A stretch of DNA of 64,000 bases from Candidatus Berkelbacteria bacterium (GCA_043751595.1 JAYUZR010000020.1:336-64335); one strand, 5' to 3'; positions 8,031 to 18,298 are shown, counted from the first letter of the stretch. Numbers and translations: made by a program. Notes: generated by a model not told the origin, from the letters alone.

Positions 8031-9791
8031 CTATTCTTTTTCGTCGTGCTGTTGCGCCTGCCAAAGGCTGGCGTACTTGCCCTTCTTAGCGACAAGCTCT
8101 TTATGATTTCCAACCTCGGCAACCTTACCTTCTTCGAGCACGAAGATTTTGTCGGAATCAACCACGGTAGAAAGGCGGTGAGCAATAGCGATGGTAGTGC
8201 GACCCTCCCCTGCCTTACGCAAGGCTTCTACAATTTCTTTCTCGGTGTGAGTATCAAGGCTACTGGTTGCTTCATCAAATACCAGAATGCGAGGCTCACG
8301 GACTACCGCGCGCGCAATCGCTACGCGCTGACGCTCACCACCAGAGAGTTTTACTCCGCGCTCTCCCACGATTGTTTGCAAGCCTTCGGGTAGACGGCTA
8401 AGTAAGCCATCCAGCTGGGCAATATTTGCGGCGGAAGCTACTTGCTCATCAGTTGCCTCAGGATCACCAAAACGAATGTTCTCAGCAATGGTTCCGTGGA
8501 ACAAAACAGGATCCTGAGGAACTACTGCCAACAAGTGACGCAGTTGCTCAGAAGAAAGATCTTTGACGGCCACGCCATCAATCGTAACCTCACCGGAGTT
8601 GGGGTAGTACAAACGGAATAAGAGCTTAAGAATAGTACTCTTCCCGGCTCCAGAGCCACCAACAAAGGCAATGCTCTCCCCGGCTTTTACATCAAGCGTA
8701 AGACCCTGAAGAATTGGCCGTGCCTTCTCGTAGCCAAACTCAACATTCTTAAAGGAAACAGCCCCAACTGGGTTGGCAATAGTTTTTGGCTTTTTAGGAT
8801 CCTGAATAGTAAGTGGCTGTCGGACTAGCTCATCAGCTCCGGCAAGATCGGTAAGGCCATCCTTAAGCATGCGGTAGACTGCGCCGAAGAATCCTAGTGG
8901 AGCTGCGATGCGGATAATGTACCCGGATAACGCAACAAGATCACCAGCGCTTAGGTGGCCTGCACCAGATTCTCGAATAGCAAGCCACAGCACTAAGCCG
9001 GTACCAGTAAGCAGAATAAAGGCCTGGCCAGCTTCAACAATACTGTAGAGCTGATTACTCTTAGTATTAGCCGCCTCGCGGGTTGCCAAAAGTGGTTCAT
9101 AGCGAGCAATTTGCTGCTCTTCGGCGTGGAAGAGCTTAACAACATCGATAGAACCAAGACCAGTAACTTCTTGCGCTCCTACTTCTTCGTCGGAAGAAAT
9201 AGCCTTAATCCTCCACTTTTGGCGAAGCTCGGTAGCCGCGATCATGAAGGTAACATAGAGAACAATGGTGGCCACGATAATAACCGCGTAAATACCACCA
9301 AAGACGCGAGTGAGAATTACTGAAGTAGCAATAAGCTCAACCACAGTTGGTAACATGCTAATTACTAGCATATCAAGCAAAAAGGTAACCGAACGGCTGG
9401 CGCGAGTAATGCGCTGCGCCACTGCACCGATGCGTTGATCGTTATGGAAGGAAACCGGCAAGCGTAGTAAGTGACCAAATACCTGGCGGGACATACTGCG
9501 AGCCACACCCATTTGCACCTTGGCAAATAAGGTATCTCGGATGAGGTCGCCCAGCAGAATTGCTAGACGGAAACCAAGGAGCATGATAAGCACCGAAATT
9601 GCTGTTGCCATTCCGGCACCAGCTGGCCCCAACGCATCTACGATGCGACCAAGTAGGATTGGTTCAAAAACCGAGGCAACACGAGCTACAATGAGGGCCA
9701 GTAGTGCCACTGAAGTAATCGGCCAGAACCCTTTAAGGTGCTGGGTTACAAAGTGAATTGGCGCCCCCTTGGGCTTATCGGGATTCATCAT
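8031..9791 (-). CDS. ABC transporter ATP-binding/permease (Atm1-like exporter)
   Basis: N-terminal TMD; GGSGAGKST, LSGGERQ, DEATSSLD, AHRLST. Confidence 0.95.
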   Translation of the reverse strand: MMNPDKPKGAPIHFVTQHLKGFWPITSVALLALIVARVASVFEPILLGRIVDALGPAGAGMATAISVLIMLLGFRLAILLGDLIRDTLFAKVQMGVARSMSRQVFGHLLRLPVSFHNDQRIGAVAQRITRASRSVTFLLDMLVISMLPTVVELIATSVILTRVFGGIYAVIIVATIVLYVTFMIAATELRQKWRIKAISSDEEVGAQEVTGLGSIDVVKLFHAEEQQIARYEPLLATREAANTKSNQLYSIVEAGQAFILLTGTGLVLWLAIRESGAGHLSAGDLVALSGYIIRIAAPLGFFGAVYRMLKDGLTDLAGADELVRQPLTIQDPKKPKTIANPVGAVSFKNVEFGYEKARPILQGLTLDVKAGESIAFVGGSGAGKSTILKLLFRLYYPNSGEVTIDGVAVKDLSSEQLRHLLAVVPQDPVLFHGTIAENIRFGDPEATDEQVASAANIAQLDGLLSRLPEGLQTIVGERGVKLSGGERQRVAIARAVVREPRILVFDEATSSLDTHTEKEIVEALRKAGEGRTTIAIAHRLSTVVDSDKIFVLEEGKVAEVGNHKELVAKKGKYASLWQAQQHDEKE

Positions 9792-9929
9792 GGAAAATAG
9801 AAAAAATGTAAGAGTGATTCAGGAATGGACATTACCAGATTACGAAGAAGATAAGAAGCAATCCCGATTCCCCTTCCTTCTAAAAGTTGGTAATAATGAA
9901 GGCAGATCTCACCCACTTCTCTCGCCTTT

Positions 9930-10328
9930 ATGGAAATTAATTTCCTTGCTGTTGGCCTCGCCGCTCTTGCCGCCTTTTTCTTAGGCTACCTTTGGTACAC
10001 CGTTATCTTTGAAAAACCTTGGATGGCCGAGCTTGGCATGAAGATGAATAAAGCCACTCCGGTTGCACCACCCAACATGGCCAAGCTATTGATTGGTTCT
10101 TTTCTCCTGGAGCTTATCATGGCCTTCAACCTGGCCGCGTTCATCGGTACCAACGCCGACTGGAAGTTTGGACTAGGCGCAGGCCTCGCGGCCGGGCTTG
10201 GGTGGGTGGGCATGGCCTTTGGGGTTAATTATTTGTTTGAAGGAAAAAGTCTCCGCCACTGGATGATTAATGCCGGTTATAACACGGTAGTTTTTGCCGT
10301 AATGGGATTGATTATCGGGGCGATGTAG
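9930..10328 (+). CDS. DUF1761 membrane protein
   Basis: INFLAV...GYLWY..F.KPWM...INAGY. Confidence 0.85.
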   Translation: MEINFLAVGLAALAAFFLGYLWYTVIFEKPWMAELGMKMNKATPVAPPNMAKLLIGSFLLELIMAFNLAAFIGTNADWKFGLGAGLAAGLGWVGMAFGVNYLFEGKSLRHWMINAGYNTVVFAVMGLIIGAM

Positions 10329-10838
10329 TTATACCTTCCGGGTATCATATCCCCACTGCAATAACGCCTGGCGCTGGCGGGGACGGCACTGTAGATCCCC
10401 CACACGGCAGGCTTTTTGAATCTGCGCCAAGTGACGCTTCATCATCTTCCAGCGCTTAATTTGGCGAGAATCTTCCTGAGGAATCCTTCGCCCTAAGTAG
10501 TAGCGGCAATACCACTGAAACCAACCGCGAGGATCTTCTTCGTAGATCCAGCCTTTTGCCTTCCAGACCTCATACGACTGACCAGCTTCTACTGCAAAGA
10601 AGTTGTATTTTGGACTGGACTTTTCCCCCCGCCCTGCAAGTCGGGCTTTTTCGTGCCATTCCTTAGGAAACTCGTCAAAGTCTGCGATGTAGCGACCAGT
10701 AAATACCCCGAGCTCCAGCATTTCTTGCGGGGTAAGATCGGGCGTAAAATCTGGGTCAAAGCTTGTACCGGCAACCTCGGAGAGCTGATAAGTGTAGCCG
10801 GGTTGCCAGGGGTCTTGGGAGGTGATCGTTGGAATCAT
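10329..10838 (-). CDS. conserved hypothetical protein (DPRGWFQWYCRY family)
   Basis: FTPDLTPQEMLELGVF, DPRGWFQWYCRYYLGRR, RQALLQW. Confidence 0.85.
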   Translation of the reverse strand: MIPTITSQDPWQPGYTYQLSEVAGTSFDPDFTPDLTPQEMLELGVFTGRYIADFDEFPKEWHEKARLAGRGEKSSPKYNFFAVEAGQSYEVWKAKGWIYEEDPRGWFQWYCRYYLGRRIPQEDSRQIKRWKMMKRHLAQIQKACRVGDLQCRPRQRQALLQWGYDTRKV

Positions 10839-10876
10839 TACAGTACTCTACCATATGCCGACTGAGGAGGCCTCAG

Positions 10877-11254
10877 CTACGCAAACACCGCACGCTGAGC
10901 CAACCTCCACTGTGGTCGCAAGGTATCGGTAGCTTCATCCCACGCCTCGGGAGGAAGACAACCTTTACAACCCATTACCCTACACACCGAAGAAGTGGGA
11001 TACCTGCCACTACTAGAGAATATTTCTTGTGCGGAAATAGGAAAACCAGATCGTTTGGAAAGGGCTTCAACAATAGCCGCGGTAAGTAAGTAGCTTGGAC
11101 TGCTTTTTTGGTTAGCTAGGCGCGAAATAGTAGACTTAGAAAAACCAGTATCTTTTGCCAAGCGAGCAAGGCCTTCTATGGAATAAAACGGCACATGAAA
11201 CAAGATGCTGCGAAGCCGATTTGCCACCCGTGGTGTGGTGATAAACTGAGACAT
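10877..11254 (-). CDS. XRE-like HTH protein with Cys-rich C-terminus
   Basis: ARLAKDTGFSKSTISRL HTH; C-terminal CRVMGCKGCLP. Confidence 0.75.
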   Translation of the reverse strand: MSQFITTPRVANRLRSILFHVPFYSIEGLARLAKDTGFSKSTISRLANQKSSPSYLLTAAIVEALSKRSGFPISAQEIFSSSGRYPTSSVCRVMGCKGCLPPEAWDEATDTLRPQWRLAQRAVFA

Positions 11255-11376
11255 AAGAGCGAATTAAATGGGTTACTATCATGCGCGTGATGCACCCATT
11301 AAACCGAACATAAACCGATAGTGCAATATGCGTGCCGCCGCTCGCTTCGTTGGCAGCATTCCCCTATCCTTATTTC

Positions 11377-12003
11377 ATGTCTCAAGCCCTCAAGTCTTTC
11401 GACCTTAGCTCAGAGTTATTAGAAAGCGAGCAAGAATACTCCCACCTCCGCATGAGTGGAACGTTTCTTGGAGCCAGCCCTGTAAGCAATGTACAGATTA
11501 GTGATAGCACCTTAGAAAAAGCGGACCTTAGCGCTACGAAGCTCCCCAAGTTACGAGCAATCGATAGTACCGTTACCCAGTCATCACTAGTAGGAACTAA
11601 TCTCTCGGAGTCGTCCCTTAACGCCACCACCTTCACTAACTGCAGGCTAACTGGAACTATCTTCAGTAACGCACTCCTAGATGGCTGCACCTTTAAGGAT
11701 TGCGCCATAAATATGGGACTCTTTAGGTTTTCGTCACTTAAAAAGGTGAAGTTTATTGGTTGCAACCTTCAGAGTTCAGACTTTTTTGAGGCAAAACTAA
11801 AAGAGGTAAGTTTCGAAGCCTGCAATCTTGAGCAGGCCGACTTCTCTCGAGTAATCGGCACAAAAGTAGATTTTAGAAAGTCGAACATTGGCTCTATTCG
11901 TGGTATTTCTGGACTCAAGGGTGCAATAATTTCTTCAGATCAGCTTATTTCTTTAGCGCAATCGTTGGCTTACGAGATTGGAATTATCGTGCAGGACGAC
12001 TAA
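11377..12003 (+). CDS. pentapeptide repeat protein
   Basis: tandem A(D/N)LS/xxFxx repeats; start chosen by TATCCT-6nt-ATG. Confidence 0.9.
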   Translation: MSQALKSFDLSSELLESEQEYSHLRMSGTFLGASPVSNVQISDSTLEKADLSATKLPKLRAIDSTVTQSSLVGTNLSESSLNATTFTNCRLTGTIFSNALLDGCTFKDCAINMGLFRFSSLKKVKFIGCNLQSSDFFEAKLKEVSFEACNLEQADFSRVIGTKVDFRKSNIGSIRGISGLKGAIISSDQLISLAQSLAYEIGIIVQDD

Positions 12004-12071
12004 TATATTCAAATATTTTTATCATTTGCATAGCTAGTCATCACACATAAAAGAGCTACAATTGATCGCAA

Positions 12072-13106
12072 ATGAACCACACTTCGCCCTCCACTCGTAA
12101 GCAGCGTGTAGCTATCAGTAGCCTTTTGGTTGGCGTTTTTGTACTAGGTATCGTTGCTGGCTGGGCACTTAAGCGTACTCCAGTAGTAGCAACAGCTGCT
12201 CAGCCCTCACCCCAAAGTTGCCTCAGGCTTGGTGGCTACCGCTTCATCCAGCCACTTCTCGCCTGCGACACCACTCCTCGGGATACCTCCATGAACTACC
12301 CCGAGCTTCAAAAAAGTATTACCTCCGTCATTGCAACAGGCAAAGCAAATGGGTCAATTACCACCGCCTCTATTTATTTGCGTAATCTAGATAGCCGAAA
12401 AGAGCTTCTTATTAACCCCATTGAAGAATTCTTCCCTGCCAGCCTAAAAAAAGTTCCGCTTCTTATTCAATACTACAAAGAGTCAGAAACAACTCCTGGG
12501 TTTTTATCTCAAACCGTTACCATTACCGATAGCACTGATTACAACGCAAACACCACTGTTCGCCCGAGCCAAGTTCCCGAATATGGCAAAACATATACCT
12601 ACGCCCAGCTTCTCGAGTATATGATCAAATACTCAGACAATATTAGCTTCCAGGTACTTGTTAAGCAGTTGAGCCTCGAAAAGTTTAATCAAGCCTACCT
12701 CGATCTCCACCTGCACTACCCCGATAACCTAGTGTCTATCGACGACTACATGACGCCGTATCAGTTCTCGCTCTTCTTCCGCACCCTCTTTAATGCCACC
12801 TACCTCAACCGAGAAAACTCCGAAGCGGTCCTTACACTATTAACCAGCACCGAGTATAAAAATGGCATAGTTGCTTCAATCCCTTCCAGCGTCAACATTG
12901 CGCATAAGTTTGGGGTAGGATTCGTTCCACAGCCAGATAATATTTCACGAGGAGAGCTGCACGATTGCGGTATTATTTATAATCCCGGCAAGCCCTATCT
13001 TCTCTGTGTGATGACAAAAAGCGAATCCGGAGATATCGCTGAAGTAGAGAAAACACTGAGCGGAATCTCTAACGAAGTATATAAGTACGCGGTAAAAAAC
13101 TTCTAG
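12072..13106 (+). CDS. class A beta-lactamase-like serine hydrolase, membrane-anchored
   Basis: N-terminal TM; SLKK (SxxK), SDN, HKFG, HDCGI. Confidence 0.88.
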   Translation: MNHTSPSTRKQRVAISSLLVGVFVLGIVAGWALKRTPVVATAAQPSPQSCLRLGGYRFIQPLLACDTTPRDTSMNYPELQKSITSVIATGKANGSITTASIYLRNLDSRKELLINPIEEFFPASLKKVPLLIQYYKESETTPGFLSQTVTITDSTDYNANTTVRPSQVPEYGKTYTYAQLLEYMIKYSDNISFQVLVKQLSLEKFNQAYLDLHLHYPDNLVSIDDYMTPYQFSLFFRTLFNATYLNRENSEAVLTLLTSTEYKNGIVASIPSSVNIAHKFGVGFVPQPDNISRGELHDCGIIYNPGKPYLLCVMTKSESGDIAEVEKTLSGISNEVYKYAVKNF

Positions 13107-13128
13107 ACGCAATTCAGCTGCTGACCCA

Positions 13129-13668
13129 CTATTTAATCAGGCTGAAGAACTCTTCTCGCTTGCCATTTTCTTCAAGAAATACCCCGCGCATGGCAGAGGT
13201 AACTGTCTTGCTCCCCTGACGCTCAACCCCACGCATCATCATGCACATATGAGCCGCTTCAATTACTACCGCCACACCTTTTGGCTGTAAATGCTCCTGA
13301 AGCGCATCGGCAATTTGCATAGTCAGCCGTTCTTGCACTTGCAGGCGCCTGGCATACACATCGGTAAGACGCGCAAGCTTAGAAAGACCGACCACCTTTC
13401 CATTGGGAACATAGGCAATGTGGATTTTGCCAAAGAATGGCAGCATATGGTGCTCGCAGAGACTATACAGCTCAATATCTTTTACCAGCACCATCTCGTC
13501 GTAGCTTTCGGTAAACACGGTACCCAGTTGCTCGGCCGGATCCATGCCGTAGCCTTGCGTCAAAAAACCATATGCCTTAGCAACACGGGCTGGAGTCTTA
13601 AGTAAGCCTTCGCGAGTAGGATCTTCGCCAATGCCCTTGAGAATCTGAGTAATAGCTTCTTCAATCAT
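13129..13668 (-). CDS. folE: GTP cyclohydrolase I
   Basis: [49 protein letters not shown]. Confidence 0.97.
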   Translation of the reverse strand: MIEEAITQILKGIGEDPTREGLLKTPARVAKAYGFLTQGYGMDPAEQLGTVFTESYDEMVLVKDIELYSLCEHHMLPFFGKIHIAYVPNGKVVGLSKLARLTDVYARRLQVQERLTMQIADALQEHLQPKGVAVVIEAAHMCMMMRGVERQGSKTVTSAMRGVFLEENGKREEFFSLIK

Positions 13669-13752
13669 GGTAGAGAATTACAGTACAACGCGACTAGCTT
13701 AGCCCTTTCTAAAGTAAAGCTCCAGACATCCTGTTTCTGATACTATTTAGCC

Positions 13753-14532
13753 ATGCAAAACCCCTACCTCACCTTCGCCCTCGATCTCGCTCACGCTGCG
13801 GGAGATATTATGCGCCAGCATTTTTCCTCAACCTTAGCCGTGGAGAGAAAATCAGATAACTCGCCAGTGACCATTGCCGATACCAGCATTAACGCCATGG
13901 TCATTGAGCGCATCATGGCCGCTTACCCTGATCATGGTATCTTAGGAGAAGAGCAAAGCCATAACCCAGGAACTAGTAAGTATACTTGGGTCTGCGACCC
14001 AATCGATGGCACGATGCCCTTTATTTTCCACCTACCAATCTCTATGTTTTCTTTGGCACTCGTAGAAGATGGAGTGCCTATTTTAGGGGTTCTTTACAAT
14101 CCTTTTACCGAGCAACTTTTTACCGCTGAAAAAGGCAAGGGAGCGTTTATGAACAATACCCCAATCCATGTTTCGTCTCATGCAACTGTTGCCAAGGCAA
14201 TGATCGGAAATGAATCTGGCCGATTAAGTGCACTTGATCCGGTACTCTATACCATGAAGGCGCGCATGAGCCGGTTTTATTGCACCACCTGCGTAGGCGC
14301 ACTCGTTGCCAATGGCCAGTACGATGCCCTCCTCTTTGGCGTAGATACCACTTGGGACATTGCCGCTATTAAGGTAATCGTGGAGGAAGCCGGCGGAAAA
14401 GTGACTGATAAGGAAGGGAATGAGCAGCGCTACGACAGGCCAATTAATGGCGCCATTGTGAGCAATGGACTAATCCATGAGGAGTTATTGGAGATGGTAC
14501 AGTCACTAACCCAGAGTCCCGTTAATGTATAA
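13753..14532 (+). CDS. inositol monophosphatase family protein
   Basis: GEE, WVCDPIDGT, WDIAA..IVEEAGG. Confidence 0.93.
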   Translation: MQNPYLTFALDLAHAAGDIMRQHFSSTLAVERKSDNSPVTIADTSINAMVIERIMAAYPDHGILGEEQSHNPGTSKYTWVCDPIDGTMPFIFHLPISMFSLALVEDGVPILGVLYNPFTEQLFTAEKGKGAFMNNTPIHVSSHATVAKAMIGNESGRLSALDPVLYTMKARMSRFYCTTCVGALVANGQYDALLFGVDTTWDIAAIKVIVEEAGGKVTDKEGNEQRYDRPINGAIVSNGLIHEELLEMVQSLTQSPVNV

Positions 14533-14989
14533 CCACGAACCCGCCGACTACCAGTGCCCATTCTGTGCGGTAGTTGCAGGAGCCGAGGGAGACTTTCCTC
14601 TCACCAACCAAGGCGACATTGTCTACCAGGACGATCTGATCACAGCTTTTATTTCATCTCATTGGTGGCCCAAAAACCCCGGGCACGTTCTCATTATCCC
14701 CAATCAGCACGCCGAAAATCTCTACGATATTCCGGACGATATTCTGGCTTATATCCATAGTTTTTCTAAGCGGGTAGCGATCGCCCTAAAGGGCGCTTAC
14801 GACTGCGATGGTGTATCTGTACGGCAGCACAATGAAGAAGCAGGAAACCAAGACGTGTGGCATTATCATTTACACGTCTTCCCGCGCTTCAAGAATGACC
14901 AGCTCTATCTGAGTCACAATCAAAAAGCTTTAGCAGAGCCTGGTGAACGTGCCCGGTACGCAGCAAAGCTACGCCCCTACCTTCAGTAG
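14525..14989 (+). CDS. HIT family protein
   Basis: CPFC, GHVLIIP, HYHLHVFPR. Confidence 0.93.
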   Translation: MYNHEPADYQCPFCAVVAGAEGDFPLTNQGDIVYQDDLITAFISSHWWPKNPGHVLIIPNQHAENLYDIPDDILAYIHSFSKRVAIALKGAYDCDGVSVRQHNEEAGNQDVWHYHLHVFPRFKNDQLYLSHNQKALAEPGERARYAAKLRPYLQ

Positions 14990-15056
14990 GCAACGCACCT
15001 GGCCTTTTTACCTATTTTGACTTACAACTAAACTACTTAATCTCTAAAAAAGAAGT

Positions 15057-15518
15057 ATGCAAAAAATTACTCCATTCCTTTGGTTCGATACTCAGGCCGA
15101 AGAAGCTGCAAATTACTATGTTTCTATCTTCAGTAACTCAACCCTCGGAGATATTAGTCGCTACCCAGAGGGTGGTCCTCGCCCTGCAGGAATGGCAATG
15201 GGAGTAAACTTTAGCCTTGATGGGCTCGATTTTATCGCTCTCAATGCAGGTCCAGAGTTTACCTTCACCGAGGCCATTTCAATGTTCGTAAGCTGCGAAG
15301 ATCAAGCCGAAGTAGATTACTTTTGGGAAAAGCTTACCGAAGGCGGCCAAGAAAGCCGCTGCGGCTGGCTTAAGGATAAGTTTGGCGTTTCTTGGCAGGT
15401 TATCCCTAAGCAAATGGGCGAATACCTCGGTAACCCAGACCCAGAAAAAGCCGGGCGCGCCATGCAGGCAATGATGGGCATGAGCAAGATTATTATCGAC
15501 GATCTTAAAAACGCTTAA
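15057..15518 (+). CDS. VOC family (PhnB/3-demethylubiquinone-MT-like) protein
   Basis: KITPFLWFDTQAEEAA, CGWLKDKFGVSWQV. Confidence 0.93.
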   Translation: MQKITPFLWFDTQAEEAANYYVSIFSNSTLGDISRYPEGGPRPAGMAMGVNFSLDGLDFIALNAGPEFTFTEAISMFVSCEDQAEVDYFWEKLTEGGQESRCGWLKDKFGVSWQVIPKQMGEYLGNPDPEKAGRAMQAMMGMSKIIIDDLKNA

Positions 15519-15543
15519 TTTAACCAATACGTAATCCAGCACC

Positions 15544-15951
15544 ATGATCAAGTTCAATCCTTACATTTTCTTCCCAGGCAACTGTCGCGAAGCTGCAACC
15601 TTCTACCACGAAGTATTCGGAGGTAGCGTTACTATTCAAACCCTCGGCGAAGCCATTGGCGAAACCGACCCTGCCAAAAAAGACCGTATCATGCATGCCG
15701 ATCTTACTGGTGGCGCAGTAGAGTTTATGGCCAGCGACAGCGACCGAAACGAGCCATATCCACCAAGCTTTATCACCCTCTCTATTGGTGGAGAAGACGA
15801 AACACTTATTACGGCACTCTTCAAAAAGCTAGCCGAAGGTGGCGCAGTTACTTCCGAGCTCAAAAAAGAATACTGGGGAGATACCTTCGGTACCGTTACC
15901 GATAAATTTGGCGTCGATTGGATGGTAAATATTTCTGGACCAAAGGAGTAA
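15544..15951 (+). CDS. VOC/PhnB family protein
   Basis: NPYIFFPGNCREA, IMHA, WGDTFG..TDKFGVDWM. Confidence 0.92.
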   Translation: MIKFNPYIFFPGNCREAATFYHEVFGGSVTIQTLGEAIGETDPAKKDRIMHADLTGGAVEFMASDSDRNEPYPPSFITLSIGGEDETLITALFKKLAEGGAVTSELKKEYWGDTFGTVTDKFGVDWMVNISGPKE

Positions 15952-15967
15952 GCAGTCCCATTCAAGT

Positions 15968-15998
15968 AAAGAAGCCCGGCACTTACGGGCTTCTTTTT
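15968..15998 (+). terminator. intrinsic terminator
   Basis: AAAGAAGCCCG-gcactta-CGGGCTTCTTTTT. Confidence 0.85.
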
Positions 15999-16017
15999 AT
16001 TTCTGTAAAGTTATCTC

Positions 16018-16572
16018 ATGTACGGACCCTCTCTTTCCTCTGGTACCACCAAATCTGGTGCGCACATCACTCTTACCCCTCCTTCTAGCTCACACATAGA
16101 AAAACTTGTTGCGTGGCTAAGTACCGAAGAAGTAATGAAGCACCTTAACCCCGATTGGCAGCCTACTACCGCTGAACAGGAACAAGAAACCCTCAAAACA
16201 TTTGAACAAGCCAAAGATAGTATCCATTGGGACATTGTGGTGGATAGCAAGCCAGTTGGAGCCGCCTGGATTAACGAAATTGATCACACCTTTCAGTGGG
16301 GTTCGTTTGGGCTCCTTATTGGCGAGCAAGATGCCTGGGGAATGGGCATTGGCACCGAGGTTGCTCGAGCCGTATGCGACTACGCCTTCTCCCAGACCAC
16401 TCTTCACTCCATTAAAATTGCTTTCACTAAAGAAAATATTGGTAGTAAAAAGATTGCCGAAAAACTAGGCTTTACCCTTACTCCCGGAGTTGCTCACTTT
16501 ACCGATGGTAAAAGCTATCCAGGGTGGGATGGCGTGCTGTTAAAGCCCATTCCCGACCAGACTAAGGATTAA
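16018..16572 (+). CDS. GNAT (RimJ/RimL-type) acetyltransferase
   Basis: IGEQDAWGMGIGTE, N..S...EKLGF. Confidence 0.9.
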   Translation: MYGPSLSSGTTKSGAHITLTPPSSSHIEKLVAWLSTEEVMKHLNPDWQPTTAEQEQETLKTFEQAKDSIHWDIVVDSKPVGAAWINEIDHTFQWGSFGLLIGEQDAWGMGIGTEVARAVCDYAFSQTTLHSIKIAFTKENIGSKKIAEKLGFTLTPGVAHFTDGKSYPGWDGVLLKPIPDQTKD

Positions 16573-16574
16573 TC

Positions 16575-17033
16575 ATGTTCCTTGTACTTTTCCTGGCTAT
16601 TGTTGTTCCACTCTGCGTCTACGCTGCCATGCCGTGGCTAGTTACGCTACTCTCCGGCAAAAAGGCTACGCAAAATACCGTCTTACTTCTGGGGTGTATT
16701 TTGTACGCAGTTTCCTGGTTTGTTCCCTCTCCCCTTATTCATGGAGTAGATACTTCCTTTAGCACCCACTTTATCGGGGGTGGCTTATTTACCGGCTGCA
16801 TCTGGCTCTATCTTAAGCAGCAACTTTCCTGGAAAGCATCTCCCTTACTGGAGCTTATTAGTTTGTACGCACTAGTAAGCATGCTTGGCGTAGCCAATGA
16901 GCTTGCCGAATTGCTTCTGCAGGAAGTAGGTATTCATTTCGCAAATAGCAGCGATACCTGGTGGGATTTACTCGCCAATACTGCTGGCGCGTTTGCATTT
17001 TGGGTAGGATACCGCAGCCTGAAAGCCAAGTAG
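16575..17033 (+). CDS. hypothetical membrane protein (VanZ-like motif)
   Basis: about five TMs; HFIGGG, ELAE, DTWWDLLANTAGA. Confidence 0.75.
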   Translation: MFLVLFLAIVVPLCVYAAMPWLVTLLSGKKATQNTVLLLGCILYAVSWFVPSPLIHGVDTSFSTHFIGGGLFTGCIWLYLKQQLSWKASPLLELISLYALVSMLGVANELAELLLQEVGIHFANSSDTWWDLLANTAGAFAFWVGYRSLKAK

Positions 17034-17034
17034 C

Positions 17035-17763
17035 GTGGATACCCCTCCCATCCTTACAAGAGTTAAAACCTTACTCGCTCTTTTTCAGAATGGGCAGATT
17101 CCCACCCTTCCCAACCACGAGGTACACCCGCAGGTGCCACTTGGAAGTAGAGAAAACTACCTCTATTTTACCTTGCCAGTGTGTATCAACTTTCAGCGCA
17201 GCTCGCCTGCTATGTGGCAAAGTGCACTCAAAACCTATCAAGACCCGGAAACAAACTATCTATTCTTCCCTGAGCTTTCCACCGCAACTCCACCAGAAAA
17301 AGTACGCGACGATTTACTCAAACATAAGCTCGGACTCCAACCAAACAAACACACCGAAATCTGGCTGGCAATTTCTCATACCCTGCACAAGCACTTTCAG
17401 GATGATCCCCGCCAAGTTATTGCCGCCGCAGATAATGATGCAGGAAAGTTAGTACAACTGCTCCAGGTAGATCGCCGAAGCGACTTTCCCTATCTGCGCG
17501 GCCCAAAGCTTTCAAATTATTGGCCATTCATTCTTTCCGAATATACCGATGTACAGTTTAGTAACTCGCATTTAATTTCGATTATTCCAGATACTCACGT
17601 GATCCAGTGCTCAGTACACCTTGGATTAGTGCCTGAAGGAGCGACCACACCCCAAGTGGAGCAAGCCTGGCGAGAACTACTTGAAGGCAGCGGCATTAGT
17701 CCAGTTACTATGCATCCCGTGCTTTGGAATTGGAGTCGAAATCACTTTAAACCTGAAGCATGA
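17035..17763 (+). CDS. HhH-GPD superfamily-like hypothetical protein
   Basis: FPYLRGPKLSNYW HhH-like motif followed by IPDTHV; GTG start. Confidence 0.65.
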   Translation: MDTPPILTRVKTLLALFQNGQIPTLPNHEVHPQVPLGSRENYLYFTLPVCINFQRSSPAMWQSALKTYQDPETNYLFFPELSTATPPEKVRDDLLKHKLGLQPNKHTEIWLAISHTLHKHFQDDPRQVIAAADNDAGKLVQLLQVDRRSDFPYLRGPKLSNYWPFILSEYTDVQFSNSHLISIIPDTHVIQCSVHLGLVPEGATTPQVEQAWRELLEGSGISPVTMHPVLWNWSRNHFKPEA

Positions 17764-17785
17764 ACCCAGAAGTAACTCTCTAACT

Positions 17786-18298
17786 ATGAAGAACCTCGCG
17801 ACTATTACCGCCCTTGAAGTATTGGGCGAAAAAGTTACCACACCCACCACGCTTACCGAGCGCCGAGCTGCTCGCGCCGTGATAACCCGCATGGGAGAAG
17901 TCGCGCTTCTTCACATACCTAAGAACGCTTTTTACAAGTTAGCTGGTGGTGGTATTGAAGAAGGTGAGAATATAATCGACGCACTCACCAGAGAAATACG
18001 GGAAGAGACTGGGTTAAGCATAGCGATCGTAGGTGAAGTTGGCATGACAGAAGAAGTAAGAGCTGAATCAGCCCTATGCCAGATTTCATACTGCTACTAT
18101 GGGGAGGTTACTGGAGAAGTAAGCGAAACCACGCTAACAGACTTTGAAAAAGATCAAAATCTCACCTTGGTTTGGGCGAAAGACATCGACGAGGCCATTG
18201 TTCTTGTTGAGCAGTGCAAGCCCGAGAACTATGCCGGCAAGTTTATCCGCTATCGCGATTTATTACTCCTAAAAGAATACCGAGAAATAACCGCCTAA
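17786..18298 (+). CDS. NUDIX hydrolase
   Basis: GGGIEEGENIIDALTREIREETG. Confidence 0.92.
   Translation: MKNLATITALEVLGEKVTTPTTLTERRAARAVITRMGEVALLHIPKNAFYKLAGGGIEEGENIIDALTREIREETGLSIAIVGEVGMTEEVRAESALCQISYCYYGEVTGEVSETTLTDFEKDQNLTLVWAKDIDEAIVLVEQCKPENYAGKFIRYRDLLLLKEYREITA

Noticed and set aside
11377-13106. Antibiotic resistance island (Qnr-like plus beta-lactamase), also the APH at 50993
   Set aside because: Only superfamily-level motifs; KFG replaces KTG, no clear omega-loop Glu and no mobile context.
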